From positions 1-19,240 of the forward strand of contig CANLTW010000021.1 in NCBI GenBank assembly GCA_947494155.1: a DNA stretch of 19,240 bases, written 5' to 3'. Of the stretch, positions 7,879 to 19,232 are shown piece after piece. Within the stretch, counting starts at the first letter, position 1. Each line of letters starts with the position of its first letter. Source of the DNA: Chlamydiota bacterium (lineage in GTDB: Bacteria; Chlamydiota; Chlamydiia; Chlamydiales; RGXB01). The notes below the pieces were generated by a model. That model was not told where the DNA came from. It was given only the letters and a program-made list of their open reading frames with translations, and did no database searches. The position numbers and the translations under genes are program-made.

Positions 7879-10449
7879 CTATAGTAACTTACCGCTAAAA
7901 TTTGAGGTGGAGTAGGGTCTAACTGCCTCTCCTTGCAAACCTTTAATATAAATCTCTAAAGCCTGGGAAAAAGGGTAGGGTTTTGTTAAAAAATCGAGCT
8001 GAAAACTGCTTGCTCCCCCCTCCTTAAGCTGATTGAGATGGGATAAAAGAGAAAATGGGGTCTTGGAAAGAACAACTGATTTACAGAGCTCATGGTACAC
8101 ATCGTAGCGCTCCTGATCCTCCCCTTCAATCTCTAATGTTCTATATCCACACACTTTCGAAGTAGGACACCCGTTGTGTAAAGCGGTAAGAGAGCAACTC
8201 TCTGCAATAAATAGAGGGACGTCTTTATATACTATTACCTTCAAAAAATCCCCTAAGTCTGAGCCTAGAAGTGTAAATATGTTTTCTTGATCATCCTCAA
8301 TAGAGATTGACCCTTTCGAAAAACCCATCGATTGCAATTGACAGACAGCCTCCCTATTCAAAGCATACACAGCAAAGTCCGCGGTGATATCTAGGGGAAT
8401 CTCTTTTGCCAGTTTTTTCAAAAAGCTGAGGGCTCCTATATTTGGGCATTCAAAATGCCTGATTCCACAATCTAAAGCATATTGGATCATCGAACGAATA
8501 TAGGGCTCATCCCATGAGCGCAAAATGAGCGGCAAAGCAATTCTAAGAAGCACATTTTGCTCTTTTGATTTTGTATAGAGCTTTTGTAAAATATCGGGGC
8601 CGTTTTGGGATAAAAAAGCTTTTTTTGGTTCAAAGATACATTCATCTGGTCGTAATGCACTCTCTAAATCCAAAAAGGGAAAAAGAGACTCCCTATCTAT
8701 TTTTACAATCCATCTCGGTTTTTGCTTTTCCCGCTTTTTACCTAGGTTTTTTTCCCCTAAATCTAGGGGTTGCGTTTCTTTGAGTTGCAATGTGGGTTGG
8801 ATGCTTTGTATCGCCTCTACCAGATCCCGCTTCCACTCTTTCAAAATAGCTTTTGATAAAAATACGTAACTTGGCACCTCAATTTTGGTAATCTCAAGCG
8901 CTGTTTCAATCGTACCTAAAAGAGAAAAGGTTTGTGATAAAGAGTCTTGAAACCCACTTTCAGATGGGCTTTGTAGAAAATCAGACACTTTTTCCATTTT
9001 TAAAAACTCTTTATGGTTTTGAAAAAGGGTCCAAACTAGAGTCTTTTTCTCTTCTACGTAGACAATTTCTAATTGTAGCTGTTTTTTTGCCAAACTTTTT
9101 TTCAGCGGCTGGGCTAAAAGCTGGTCTACAGCCCTTTTTAGTCTATTCGAACGGACCTTGTAGATTCTATCCCCCTTAGAGGGAAGGTGTAGTCCTATAG
9201 GGAGATAAAGGGATAGACGAGCTCTACCCGGGTGTGAAAAAAGGCGCTGACTACCCTGATAAATCTCTTTCAAAGAAAAGGAGACCTCCTGATTTTCATA
9301 GCGGCTTTTCAACGCTTGTAAATCGGTTTTTACCTTCTCTCCATGTTGAGGTTTTGAGTGAAATAAAGGGGCTTGCCCCACAATCTTTATTCCATCGTGG
9401 GCCTCTATTTCGCTGTTAGCAAAAAATGTGATTTTTCTCCCTTCAACATCAAGGACCTGACCGATTTCCACCCCCTGGTGAGTGGGATTATTTAAATCGA
9501 TCACATTTTCCTGATAGCGATTTTTAAAAAACAGAGTGGTTGGACTCCTGGAGTAGCTAAACTCTTTTTCCTCCTCAAAAACCTCTAAAAGTTTAAGGGT
9601 GGAGGCACCCATCGTTTTTTTTGGATTCGCCCTGGGGGCATATGTATCCAAGGCTTGTCGATATCTTTTCACCGTTGTGGCTACATATTGAGCGTCTTTT
9701 TTTCGCCCCTCAATTTTAAGGCTATCTATACCAGCATCAACAAATTGCTCAACCATTTCCAAAGTATCGAGGTCTTTCATACTAAAAAGGAACCCGTGCC
9801 CTGGCTCAGAAAGGATTTTATAGGGTTTTCGGCATGTGTAGGCACACTCTCCCCTGTTTCCGCTTCTTCCCCCTTCCGTGCCCGAAAAAAAACACAGCCC
9901 GCTATAGCTATAACACAGGCTTCCATGGCAAAAAGTCTCGAGTTCCACCTCATCGCTAGTGTAAACAGAACGAATTTTTTTTATCTCCTGGAGCGTCATC
10001 TCCCGCGCTAAAACAACACGCTTGAACCCTAGCTCTTTCGCTATGTCTACCCCGTGAATATTGTGGATGGCCATCTGAGTGCTAGCATGCATTCTAAGTC
10101 CGGGAAAATGTTGTCGAATCACTCGGGCTACGCCAAGATCTTGCACAATCACTCCCCCCACACCTAAAGTCTCAAGCTGGGCCAAAATGGGCACTAAGCT
10201 TGCAAACTCTTTTTGCTGAATTACAACATTCAGTGTTACAAGGATTTTACAATCATATTCTTTAGCAAGGGGTATGAGATCACTAAGATCCTCAAGGGAA
10301 AAATTGTCGGCACGTTTACGTGCGTTGAACTGCTTAAGACCTAAAAAAATCTCATCCGCTCCCGCTAAAAGGGCAGCTTTGAATGCCTCCTTGGAGCCAG
10401 CGGGCGCTAAAAGTTTTGGGCATTTGAGTTGAGGAAATGAAGCTTGCAT
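7879..10449 (-). CDS. Large peptidase-U32 family Fe-S protein, RlhA-like (probable RNA hydroxylase), with a second C-terminal U32-like domain
   Basis: LLAPAGS, AGAD, HASTQ, RVVLARE, E.F.HG.LC-X6-C-X15-C-X3-C, SMKDL and SLKIEGR. The C-terminal PLFIAESC...C...C...C is a second Cys cluster. The ATG at 10449 is preferred over the TTG at 10506. Confidence 0.9.
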   Translation of the reverse strand: MQASFPQLKCPKLLAPAGSKEAFKAALLAGADEIFLGLKQFNARKRADNFSLEDLSDLIPLAKEYDCKILVTLNVVIQQKEFASLVPILAQLETLGVGGVIVQDLGVARVIRQHFPGLRMHASTQMAIHNIHGVDIAKELGFKRVVLAREMTLQEIKKIRSVYTSDEVELETFCHGSLCYSYSGLCFFSGTEGGRSGNRGECAYTCRKPYKILSEPGHGFLFSMKDLDTLEMVEQFVDAGIDSLKIEGRKKDAQYVATTVKRYRQALDTYAPRANPKKTMGASTLKLLEVFEEEKEFSYSRSPTTLFFKNRYQENVIDLNNPTHQGVEIGQVLDVEGRKITFFANSEIEAHDGIKIVGQAPLFHSKPQHGEKVKTDLQALKSRYENQEVSFSLKEIYQGSQRLFSHPGRARLSLYLPIGLHLPSKGDRIYKVRSNRLKRAVDQLLAQPLKKSLAKKQLQLEIVYVEEKKTLVWTLFQNHKEFLKMEKVSDFLQSPSESGFQDSLSQTFSLLGTIETALEITKIEVPSYVFLSKAILKEWKRDLVEAIQSIQPTLQLKETQPLDLGEKNLGKKREKQKPRWIVKIDRESLFPFLDLESALRPDECIFEPKKAFLSQNGPDILQKLYTKSKEQNVLLRIALPLILRSWDEPYIRSMIQYALDCGIRHFECPNIGALSFLKKLAKEIPLDITADFAVYALNREAVCQLQSMGFSKGSISIEDDQENIFTLLGSDLGDFLKVIVYKDVPLFIAESCSLTALHNGCPTSKVCGYRTLEIEGEDQERYDVYHELCKSVVLSKTPFSLLSHLNQLKEGGASSFQLDFLTKPYPFSQALEIYIKGLQGEAVRPYSTSNFSGKLL

Positions 10450-10528
10450 CCGTCGACCTGTAAAAAAAGAGGGGGCAATTTTCGCAAAAAAAACCTCTTT
10501 GGTCAATAAAATAACCAGCGACCGGTTT

Positions 10529-11557
10529 TTATCTCTCTTCTGTTGGCAGCTCTTTGGCTGAAAGCTCTAAATCTTCTAAAAGCTGAATATGTAGATCCTG
10601 ATTTGCGGCGCCCAAATCTTCAAATTTACGCGCTGTCACCAAAACTCTTTTTTCCATCGATCCGATAAACTTGTTATGGGCTTCAACCGTTTGATTAAGA
10701 GCTTTCGACATCGATTGGATGTGCCCTGTTGCATCTAAAAGCCTTTTGTGGAGCTCTTGCCCTAACTCTCTTACCCGCTCCAGATTCTCTCTTAAACGGT
10801 CCTCTTTCCAAGAAAGGGCAACCGTTTTCAAAAGAGCGATCAAAGAGGTTGGAGTCACTATTAAAACATCCTGACGAATCCCGTACTCCAATAATGCGGG
10901 ATCAACCTTTAGGGCATCCGAAAATAGCCCTTCCGTAGGTAAATAGAGCAAAACAAACTCAAAACCTTCACGTAATTTAGCATATTTTTTCCTCTTTAAA
11001 TCATCAATATGCTCCTTGATACGCCGAACATGCGCCGCCATTTTCTCCTGGTAAATCTGCGGGTCGCTACTTTCAAGAGCCTCCAAATAAGACTCCATAG
11101 GGGTTTTGACATCGATCACTACATGTTTATTTTTAGGTAGTCGCACAACCACATCCGGCCTGAGAGCCCCTTTCCCTTCCCCAATAACCTCTTGTTCTTT
11201 AAAATCGACATAAGGGAGCATACCCGATGCCTCCATAATTCTTTTAAGTTGCACTTCGCCCCAAAAACCTCTGACATCCGGTTTTTTCAATGCATTGAGT
11301 ACAGCTTGTGTCTCTCTTAATAAAACAGTATCGTTTGAATGGAGCCTCTTGAGCTCTTCAGCGAGCTTTGTCGATTCTATTGTTCTATATCTCTCCATTA
11401 ATTGAAGCTGGGCATCTAAATCCTTTAGCCGCTCTTCAAGAGGTTTAATCGCCTCTTCTTTCCCCTTTTTCAAGGAGAAAATCAAGAAAATTATTAAACT
11501 TAATAAAATAAAAATTAAAGGATTAAAAAAAATCGACAAATATTCCATAAATTGCAA
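10529..11557 (-). CDS. rmuC: DNA recombination protein RmuC
   Basis: N-terminal TM helix and coiled coil, RGFWGEVQL, RPDVVVRLP, VIDVKTP, FVLLYLPTEG, IVTPTSLIALL. Alternative start at ATG 11548. Confidence 0.95.
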   Translation of the reverse strand: MQFMEYLSIFFNPLIFILLSLIIFLIFSLKKGKEEAIKPLEERLKDLDAQLQLMERYRTIESTKLAEELKRLHSNDTVLLRETQAVLNALKKPDVRGFWGEVQLKRIMEASGMLPYVDFKEQEVIGEGKGALRPDVVVRLPKNKHVVIDVKTPMESYLEALESSDPQIYQEKMAAHVRRIKEHIDDLKRKKYAKLREGFEFVLLYLPTEGLFSDALKVDPALLEYGIRQDVLIVTPTSLIALLKTVALSWKEDRLRENLERVRELGQELHKRLLDATGHIQSMSKALNQTVEAHNKFIGSMEKRVLVTARKFEDLGAANQDLHIQLLEDLELSAKELPTEER

Positions 11558-11570
11558 ATATCCAATTTGT

Positions 11571-13736
11571 ATGCTTATTACTGATAAAACTAGTTTAGCT
11601 GAGCTCCTTTTTAAACGGGAATTTTTTCAGGAAAACCCCCAAAAAATCACCAGAATTTTTTACGAGAATATCCCCTCTGTTTGTAAAAAAGATCTAGATA
11701 ATCTTGCGCCAAGAGTCGAAAACTTGCTTACAAGTTTTGATGATATTGGTGAAAAAATGGAGCTTTTACAATGCCTATTGTTCAAGTATCCTAAATTTCT
11801 GAAAATCTCCCTTTATCAGCTGGAAAGACAAGGGCAGCTAAAGGAGATTTTAGAGGTCATTTGCTCGAGACAAAAAAGGGATTTGCTAGACACCATTCTG
11901 CGCAACTGCGACATGGAGACAGTAGAGCTTTTACTTACTCAAGATCGTTTTTACGTTCTTTATAGAATCCTTCTACGCAATGACCTCGTTCTTATCGACA
12001 AAATCCCCCCTCACCTATTTTTTAAAGTCTTAGTAGAGGCCTCAACAAGAGACAGGGAACTTCTGCTAAGTCATCTTACAAAGGAGAGGCTGCTGAGCTG
12101 GAGAAATCTCTATTGCCCCAAAGTAATCCAGGATACTCTTTGGACTTTTATAGAAATACTTAAGCGGGATGAAACGCCCGTCCCGGGGATTCAAAGTGTG
12201 TTCTTTAACTACAAGGAACAATTTTCTATCGCTTGCCTTGAGAGTTTGCAAAAGCTAGACCCGACTCAGATAGACCAGTTGGAAAAATATTATGTAGCAC
12301 CCTATCATCCTGAACTTTTGGAAGTTACCCACTTTTTTAAACAAAAACCCCTCTTAACTAGCGAGTTTGCATCATTCTCTAAAAGACTCTCTGCAGAGCT
12401 TATAGCTCTCATTTTCAAAACAGATGTATTTGTCAAATGGTTGCACAAAAAAGGGGATTTTGTAGGGACTCTTTTTTTAAAACTGGAACAAGATCCGCAA
12501 TTTTTAGAATTGATTCATTCGTCAACTCCTCACGGAAGTAGTCTATTTTTACACTTAGTTCTATACCATCACGACTGGATGAAGAGCATCTTATCGTCAA
12601 TCGATTATTTTTTGGTTTTTCTGAACGAGAATTCCCTGCTCCTGAGTCAAAATATCCCTTTTGAACATTTTCAGGGCAGGTGTGAACCGCACCTTTTAGA
12701 AAATCCGCATGTAATCACACACCTTTGCAAAAATTCCACCAAAATAGGTTTGGATAACCCTGTGATGCTAAATGCCCTACAGCAACAGACTTTTTGTCTT
12801 GACGAGGGGATACTGGAACTCTTGGAGCCAGAAAAAATAAGGAAATTTTTCCTAATTCTACTCCCGAATGCAAAAGAGGTCACTGAAATAACAGCCGAAT
12901 TTATTATTGCAGATCGGACATCTATATTGATGAATTTCAGCGAGTATCTCACCATTTTTTTTCTGAAAAACTACTTCCCCGCCAAAGAAAACCCTAATGT
13001 AAAGAATGTTGTAAAAGCTTTCCTCTCAAGAGTTCCTCTGAAATTTTATCTGGCCGCCTTTGCTCGCCCCTGTTTAAGGAATTATCTAGTAGAACTTTTC
13101 CTTTTTTTGGAGCCGAAAGTCCAAAAAATGCTCACTCCGTTACTTAAAGATTTTGAGCTATTTGAGCTTTGTGAAAAAGGAAATCTCGGGCTAATAAATC
13201 AAATTCTAGACTATGTCCACCCAGATCAAAAGGATGTATTCGAAGAGTATGCTCCCCTATTTTTTAGAACGCTGGAAACTATCGAAAGTAGACAAACATT
13301 GGAAAATTTAGATGTAGAAGAGGAGATCCTACACAAGCTTTTAGCAATTACAAAAGCATCCACTAATTGTAGAAAGATACCTTTATATATAGAAAAGATT
13401 GTGGATTTTAGACGAAACATCACCTCTTCGCTAGAGGAATGCCCCATCACAAGGGAAATCCCCAGGGATCCCGCTATTATTTTTACGATAGATGGATATG
13501 AGAAACAGGTCTATGAAAGGGAAGCTCTTGTCCGATGGGTGATAGAACATAAATCCTCTCCATCTACACGAAGAGGTATAAGCTTAGACGACATAAAAAC
13601 CTATGATTTTAGAAAAAAAGCGGAATATGAGAATAAAATACCCTCCTCTAACTCACTAGGTTTTGCCCCCTATTATGATTTTCCGAGACTTTTTACCTCG
13701 GTATTTATCAATCTCTTCCAATCAATCCACAAATAA
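11571..13736 (+). CDS. U-box domain protein (candidate E3 ubiquitin ligase effector)
   Basis: C-terminal ECPITREIPRDPAII...YEREALVRWVIEHKSSPSTRRGI (about 13437-13600) matches the U-box consensus CPIT.E...DPV.....YER.AI..W......SP.TR. The N-terminal ~620 aa are Leu-rich and unassigned. Confidence 0.85.
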   Translation: MLITDKTSLAELLFKREFFQENPQKITRIFYENIPSVCKKDLDNLAPRVENLLTSFDDIGEKMELLQCLLFKYPKFLKISLYQLERQGQLKEILEVICSRQKRDLLDTILRNCDMETVELLLTQDRFYVLYRILLRNDLVLIDKIPPHLFFKVLVEASTRDRELLLSHLTKERLLSWRNLYCPKVIQDTLWTFIEILKRDETPVPGIQSVFFNYKEQFSIACLESLQKLDPTQIDQLEKYYVAPYHPELLEVTHFFKQKPLLTSEFASFSKRLSAELIALIFKTDVFVKWLHKKGDFVGTLFLKLEQDPQFLELIHSSTPHGSSLFLHLVLYHHDWMKSILSSIDYFLVFLNENSLLLSQNIPFEHFQGRCEPHLLENPHVITHLCKNSTKIGLDNPVMLNALQQQTFCLDEGILELLEPEKIRKFFLILLPNAKEVTEITAEFIIADRTSILMNFSEYLTIFFLKNYFPAKENPNVKNVVKAFLSRVPLKFYLAAFARPCLRNYLVELFLFLEPKVQKMLTPLLKDFELFELCEKGNLGLINQILDYVHPDQKDVFEEYAPLFFRTLETIESRQTLENLDVEEEILHKLLAITKASTNCRKIPLYIEKIVDFRRNITSSLEECPITREIPRDPAIIFTIDGYEKQVYEREALVRWVIEHKSSPSTRRGISLDDIKTYDFRKKAEYENKIPSSNSLGFAPYYDFPRLFTSVFINLFQSIHK

Positions 13737-13742
13737 AGCGGT

Positions 13743-14309
13743 ATGTACTCTCTTTTAGGTGTTCACGATCTCACTAAATTATTCATCCATGAAGTGGTTC
13801 AAAAAGGGGATCTGCTTGTCGATGCCACTGTGGGAAATGGGCATGATACCCTTTTCCTATTTAAGCTAGCTCAAGATCTTGATTGCCGTTTGATTGGGTT
13901 TGATATCCAAGAGGAGGCGCTTAAAATTGCGCAAACAAAAATAGGATCAAGTGGTTTCGTAGAATGGATATTAGACAGCCACGAAAAATTTGATGAGTAT
14001 CCCCAAATTCGGGATGTGGGTCTTTTTATCTATAACCTTGGTTATCTTCCCACAAAAAGTAAACACATCACAACGATGGCAGAATCTACTCTTAATAGCG
14101 TTGAAAAAGCGCTAAACCGCGTGAGAGTTGGCGGTGGTCTAGCAATCACATGTTACAGTGGCCACCCTGAAGGGAAGAGGGAGATTTTAGCCCTTGAGGA
14201 ATTTACGAAAAGATTAGATCCTCGGGCTTTTTCTGTAAGTTGGACTTGCTGGGTAAATCGTCAAGAATGCCCCAGGGTGCTTTTAATAAAGAAGATGAAG
14301 AATCTCTAA
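13743..14309 (+). CDS. Class I SAM-dependent methyltransferase, YtqB/MnmM-like (putative rRNA methylase family)
   Basis: VDATVGNGHDTLFL, GFDIQEEAL, DSHE, YNLGYLP, ITT...ST, YSGHPEGKRE. Confidence 0.9.
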   Translation: MYSLLGVHDLTKLFIHEVVQKGDLLVDATVGNGHDTLFLFKLAQDLDCRLIGFDIQEEALKIAQTKIGSSGFVEWILDSHEKFDEYPQIRDVGLFIYNLGYLPTKSKHITTMAESTLNSVEKALNRVRVGGGLAITCYSGHPEGKREILALEEFTKRLDPRAFSVSWTCWVNRQECPRVLLIKKMKNL

Positions 14310-14310
14310 T

Positions 14311-15177
14311 TCAGAAGATCATATCAAAAAACGAAGGGATGCTATAGTGGAATATCCCTTTAAAGTAACCCATCTCATCAATGTCTTGATCATCGTACCA
14401 TCTTCCGCTCTCGAGAAGGTGATAAAGCTGCCAGCGAGCCTGGCGTTTTGACAAGGGTTTAAGGTACTGTTTAGCTGCGATATATTCTACAGGGAAAACC
14501 TCATAATTTTGCAGATGATTCAAAGTTTCTAGATTTGTTCTAAAATCATCGAAAATGTAAACTTTTTTTACCTGCAAATCCAACCTCTTGATCAGCGCAT
14601 CAATTAAGATGTCCTTTGAGATTCCCTTACCAAATAAAAGGCCCTCCTCAAAACTGGGAGAGCTTCCATTCGCTTGCTGAATTTCATTTAAATCTATTTT
14701 CAGGTCCTGAAAACTTCCGCGGTTAAAATCAATGCCATTCTTCCATAAAATCTCTTTTCGCCACTGTTCTACCTGGGGAATAATGCCATAACGACCTTTG
14801 CGGCAACGGGTAATTCCTATTACATTCACCCCCTGTTTTTGCATCTCTTCAATAAGAGAGACAATCCCCTTTTCTACAAGAGTCCGGTTGGGATAAAGAT
14901 ATGTAAGGCTCATTCGGTATTCTAGTAATTTCTTTTGGTCATCATTTTTCGCGCGAGAAAGAAACTCTGATTCGATAGCACGAAATGTATCTTTGTGTGG
15001 GGTTTTAAGGGCTTGATCTACTGCTGTGATTAAAACCTCATCAATATCAAAAACAACAAGTGCATCCGAACCTAAGTTTAGTAGTTCGGTTTCTATGTCC
15101 TTAAACGAATCTACAGTACGTATCTCGCCGATCAGTACACACGAAAAAAATAGCAAAAAAAAGTTACGGATAATCAT
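14311..15177 (-). CDS. Exported HAD-like protein (DUF2608-type)
   Basis: Signal peptide, LVVFDIDEVL (HAD motif I), GITR (motif II), SK (motif III), IFDD...NL (motif IV). Confidence 0.8.
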   Translation of the reverse strand: MIIRNFFLLFFSCVLIGEIRTVDSFKDIETELLNLGSDALVVFDIDEVLITAVDQALKTPHKDTFRAIESEFLSRAKNDDQKKLLEYRMSLTYLYPNRTLVEKGIVSLIEEMQKQGVNVIGITRCRKGRYGIIPQVEQWRKEILWKNGIDFNRGSFQDLKIDLNEIQQANGSSPSFEEGLLFGKGISKDILIDALIKRLDLQVKKVYIFDDFRTNLETLNHLQNYEVFPVEYIAAKQYLKPLSKRQARWQLYHLLESGRWYDDQDIDEMGYFKGIFHYSIPSFFDMIF

Positions 15178-15418
15178 GAAATAGGTCTCTTTCTTTTTTT
15201 AAAAAATACAGAAGTTAAGAAATCGACGCAAAACATTTTTTCTTTACGATTTGATCAAATTATCATTAGGATAAATTGCAGGTTTTTACGATAGTATCAG
15301 CAACAAAAGATCCACTCACTTGCTTCTATTAACGCACATCTTCTCCCTCAGAACCGCCCCTTGTCCACTTTTTACGCCAATCTTTTGCATCTTTTGAGCC
15401 TCTATTAGCGATTACCAT

Positions 15419-15705
15419 CTGCATCTGATTTTACAGTCAAATATTTAAAATAAGTGGCATTAAACCATTTGCTGAAGAGCCCTGGGGAGTGACCGGGTGG
15501 CGAGATAGAGTGAGGGTTTTTCATAACAGCTAGTGTAAAAGGGGGGCCCCACTACACTTTACCTCTACTTACTGCATCTGATTTTACAGTCAAATATTTA
15601 AAATAAGTGGCATTGAACCATTTGCTGAAGAGCCCTGGGGAGTGACCGGGTGGCGTGATAGAGTGGGGGTTTTTCATAACAGCTAGTGTAAAAGGGGGGC
15701 CCCAC
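15419..15705. repeat. Tandem direct duplication, 2 x 134 bp (15419-15552 and 15572-15705), period 153 bp
   Basis: Direct comparison shows 3 substitutions in 134 bp and a 19-bp spacer. Confidence 0.97.
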
Positions 15706-15761
15706 ACAGCCTTCGCGAAAAACGCGCGCTATATGCAGCCAAACGCCGCTCCCCTTAAATG

Positions 15762-15793
15762 AAAAATGCCCGGTGTGGGGGGCACAACGGGCA
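15762..15793 (-). terminator. rRNA operon intrinsic terminator
   Basis: The minus strand reads TGCCCG-TTGTG-CCCCC-CACAC-CGGGCA-TTTTT, immediately after 5S. Confidence 0.8.
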
Positions 15794-15802
15794 AAAGGAA
15801 AA

Positions 15803-15917
15803 TCTGGCAACGTCCTACTCTTTCACTCTCTTGGGAGCAATACCATCGGCGATGAGTGGTTTAACTTCTGAGTTCGGGATGGGATCAGGTTGGTCACACT
15901 CTCTATAGTCACCAGAC
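15803..15917 (-). rRNA. rrf: 5S ribosomal RNA
   Basis: Minus strand TCTGGTGACTATAG...CCTGATCCCATCCCGAACTCAGAAGTTAA...GCCGATGGTA...GAGTAGGACGTTGCCAGA, with complementary ends. End coordinates are approximate. Confidence 0.97.
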
Positions 15918-16050
15918 AAATTGTAAAGGTTTGAAAGCTGTTTGATAACTAGTTCTTAAGTAGAATTTACTGCTTGAAAATTTTCAAATTTGTAGTAGCT
16001 TTTCGCTGTTGGGGTAACCTCTAAGGTTACCTCAGCAGCGAATACTTAAA

Positions 16051-18995
<2,945 letters not shown>

Positions 18996-19052
18996 CCTTT
19001 ACTTGCGACTAATTAAAGTCGCTATATAAGCTATCAACTTGATATGAGTAAA

Positions 19053-19232
19053 CTACTACAATTTTTATATTTTTTTGATGTCAATTCTCAAGCAGTTTTG
19101 AGATCTCTGTTTAATTAGAAGATCTTTATTCGATGAAATTGTATTCCCATATAAAACAAATTTATTTTTCATTCTAAGGAAATAACATTTCTTTTCTATT
19201 CTACTTGATTGTAGTTATCATTCAGCTTTCAA
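19053..19232 (-). other. 5' arm of the pre-23S processing stem (pairs with 15931-15998)
   Basis: Three nested inverted-repeat blocks: 19198-19232 with 15931-15966, 19083-19096 with 15969-15982, and 19053-19061 with 15990-15998. Confidence 0.8.

Noticed and set aside
1378..13450. Short antisense or out-of-frame ORFs nested in the long genes (e.g. 1378-1854, 4450-4695, 9655-10011, 12671-12955)
   Set aside because: They are fully overlapped by well-supported CDSs and have no motifs or independent expression signals.
15424..15442. tRNA-Tyr-like anticodon arm (minus strand TTTGA-CTGTAAAA-TCAGA) in the repeat
   Set aside because: The loop is 8 nt, and there is no D arm, TTCGA T arm or acceptor stem.
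15451..15510. Hammerhead-ribozyme-like core (stem, CUGAAGA, GCC...GGC, GAGA) in the duplicated element
   Set aside because: GAAA is replaced by GAGA or GUGA, and I could not place an NUH cleavage triplet or stem III.
15598..15810. 70-aa minus-strand ORF
   Set aside because: It starts inside the 5S 3' end, crosses the terminator, and has no RBS or recognisable domain.
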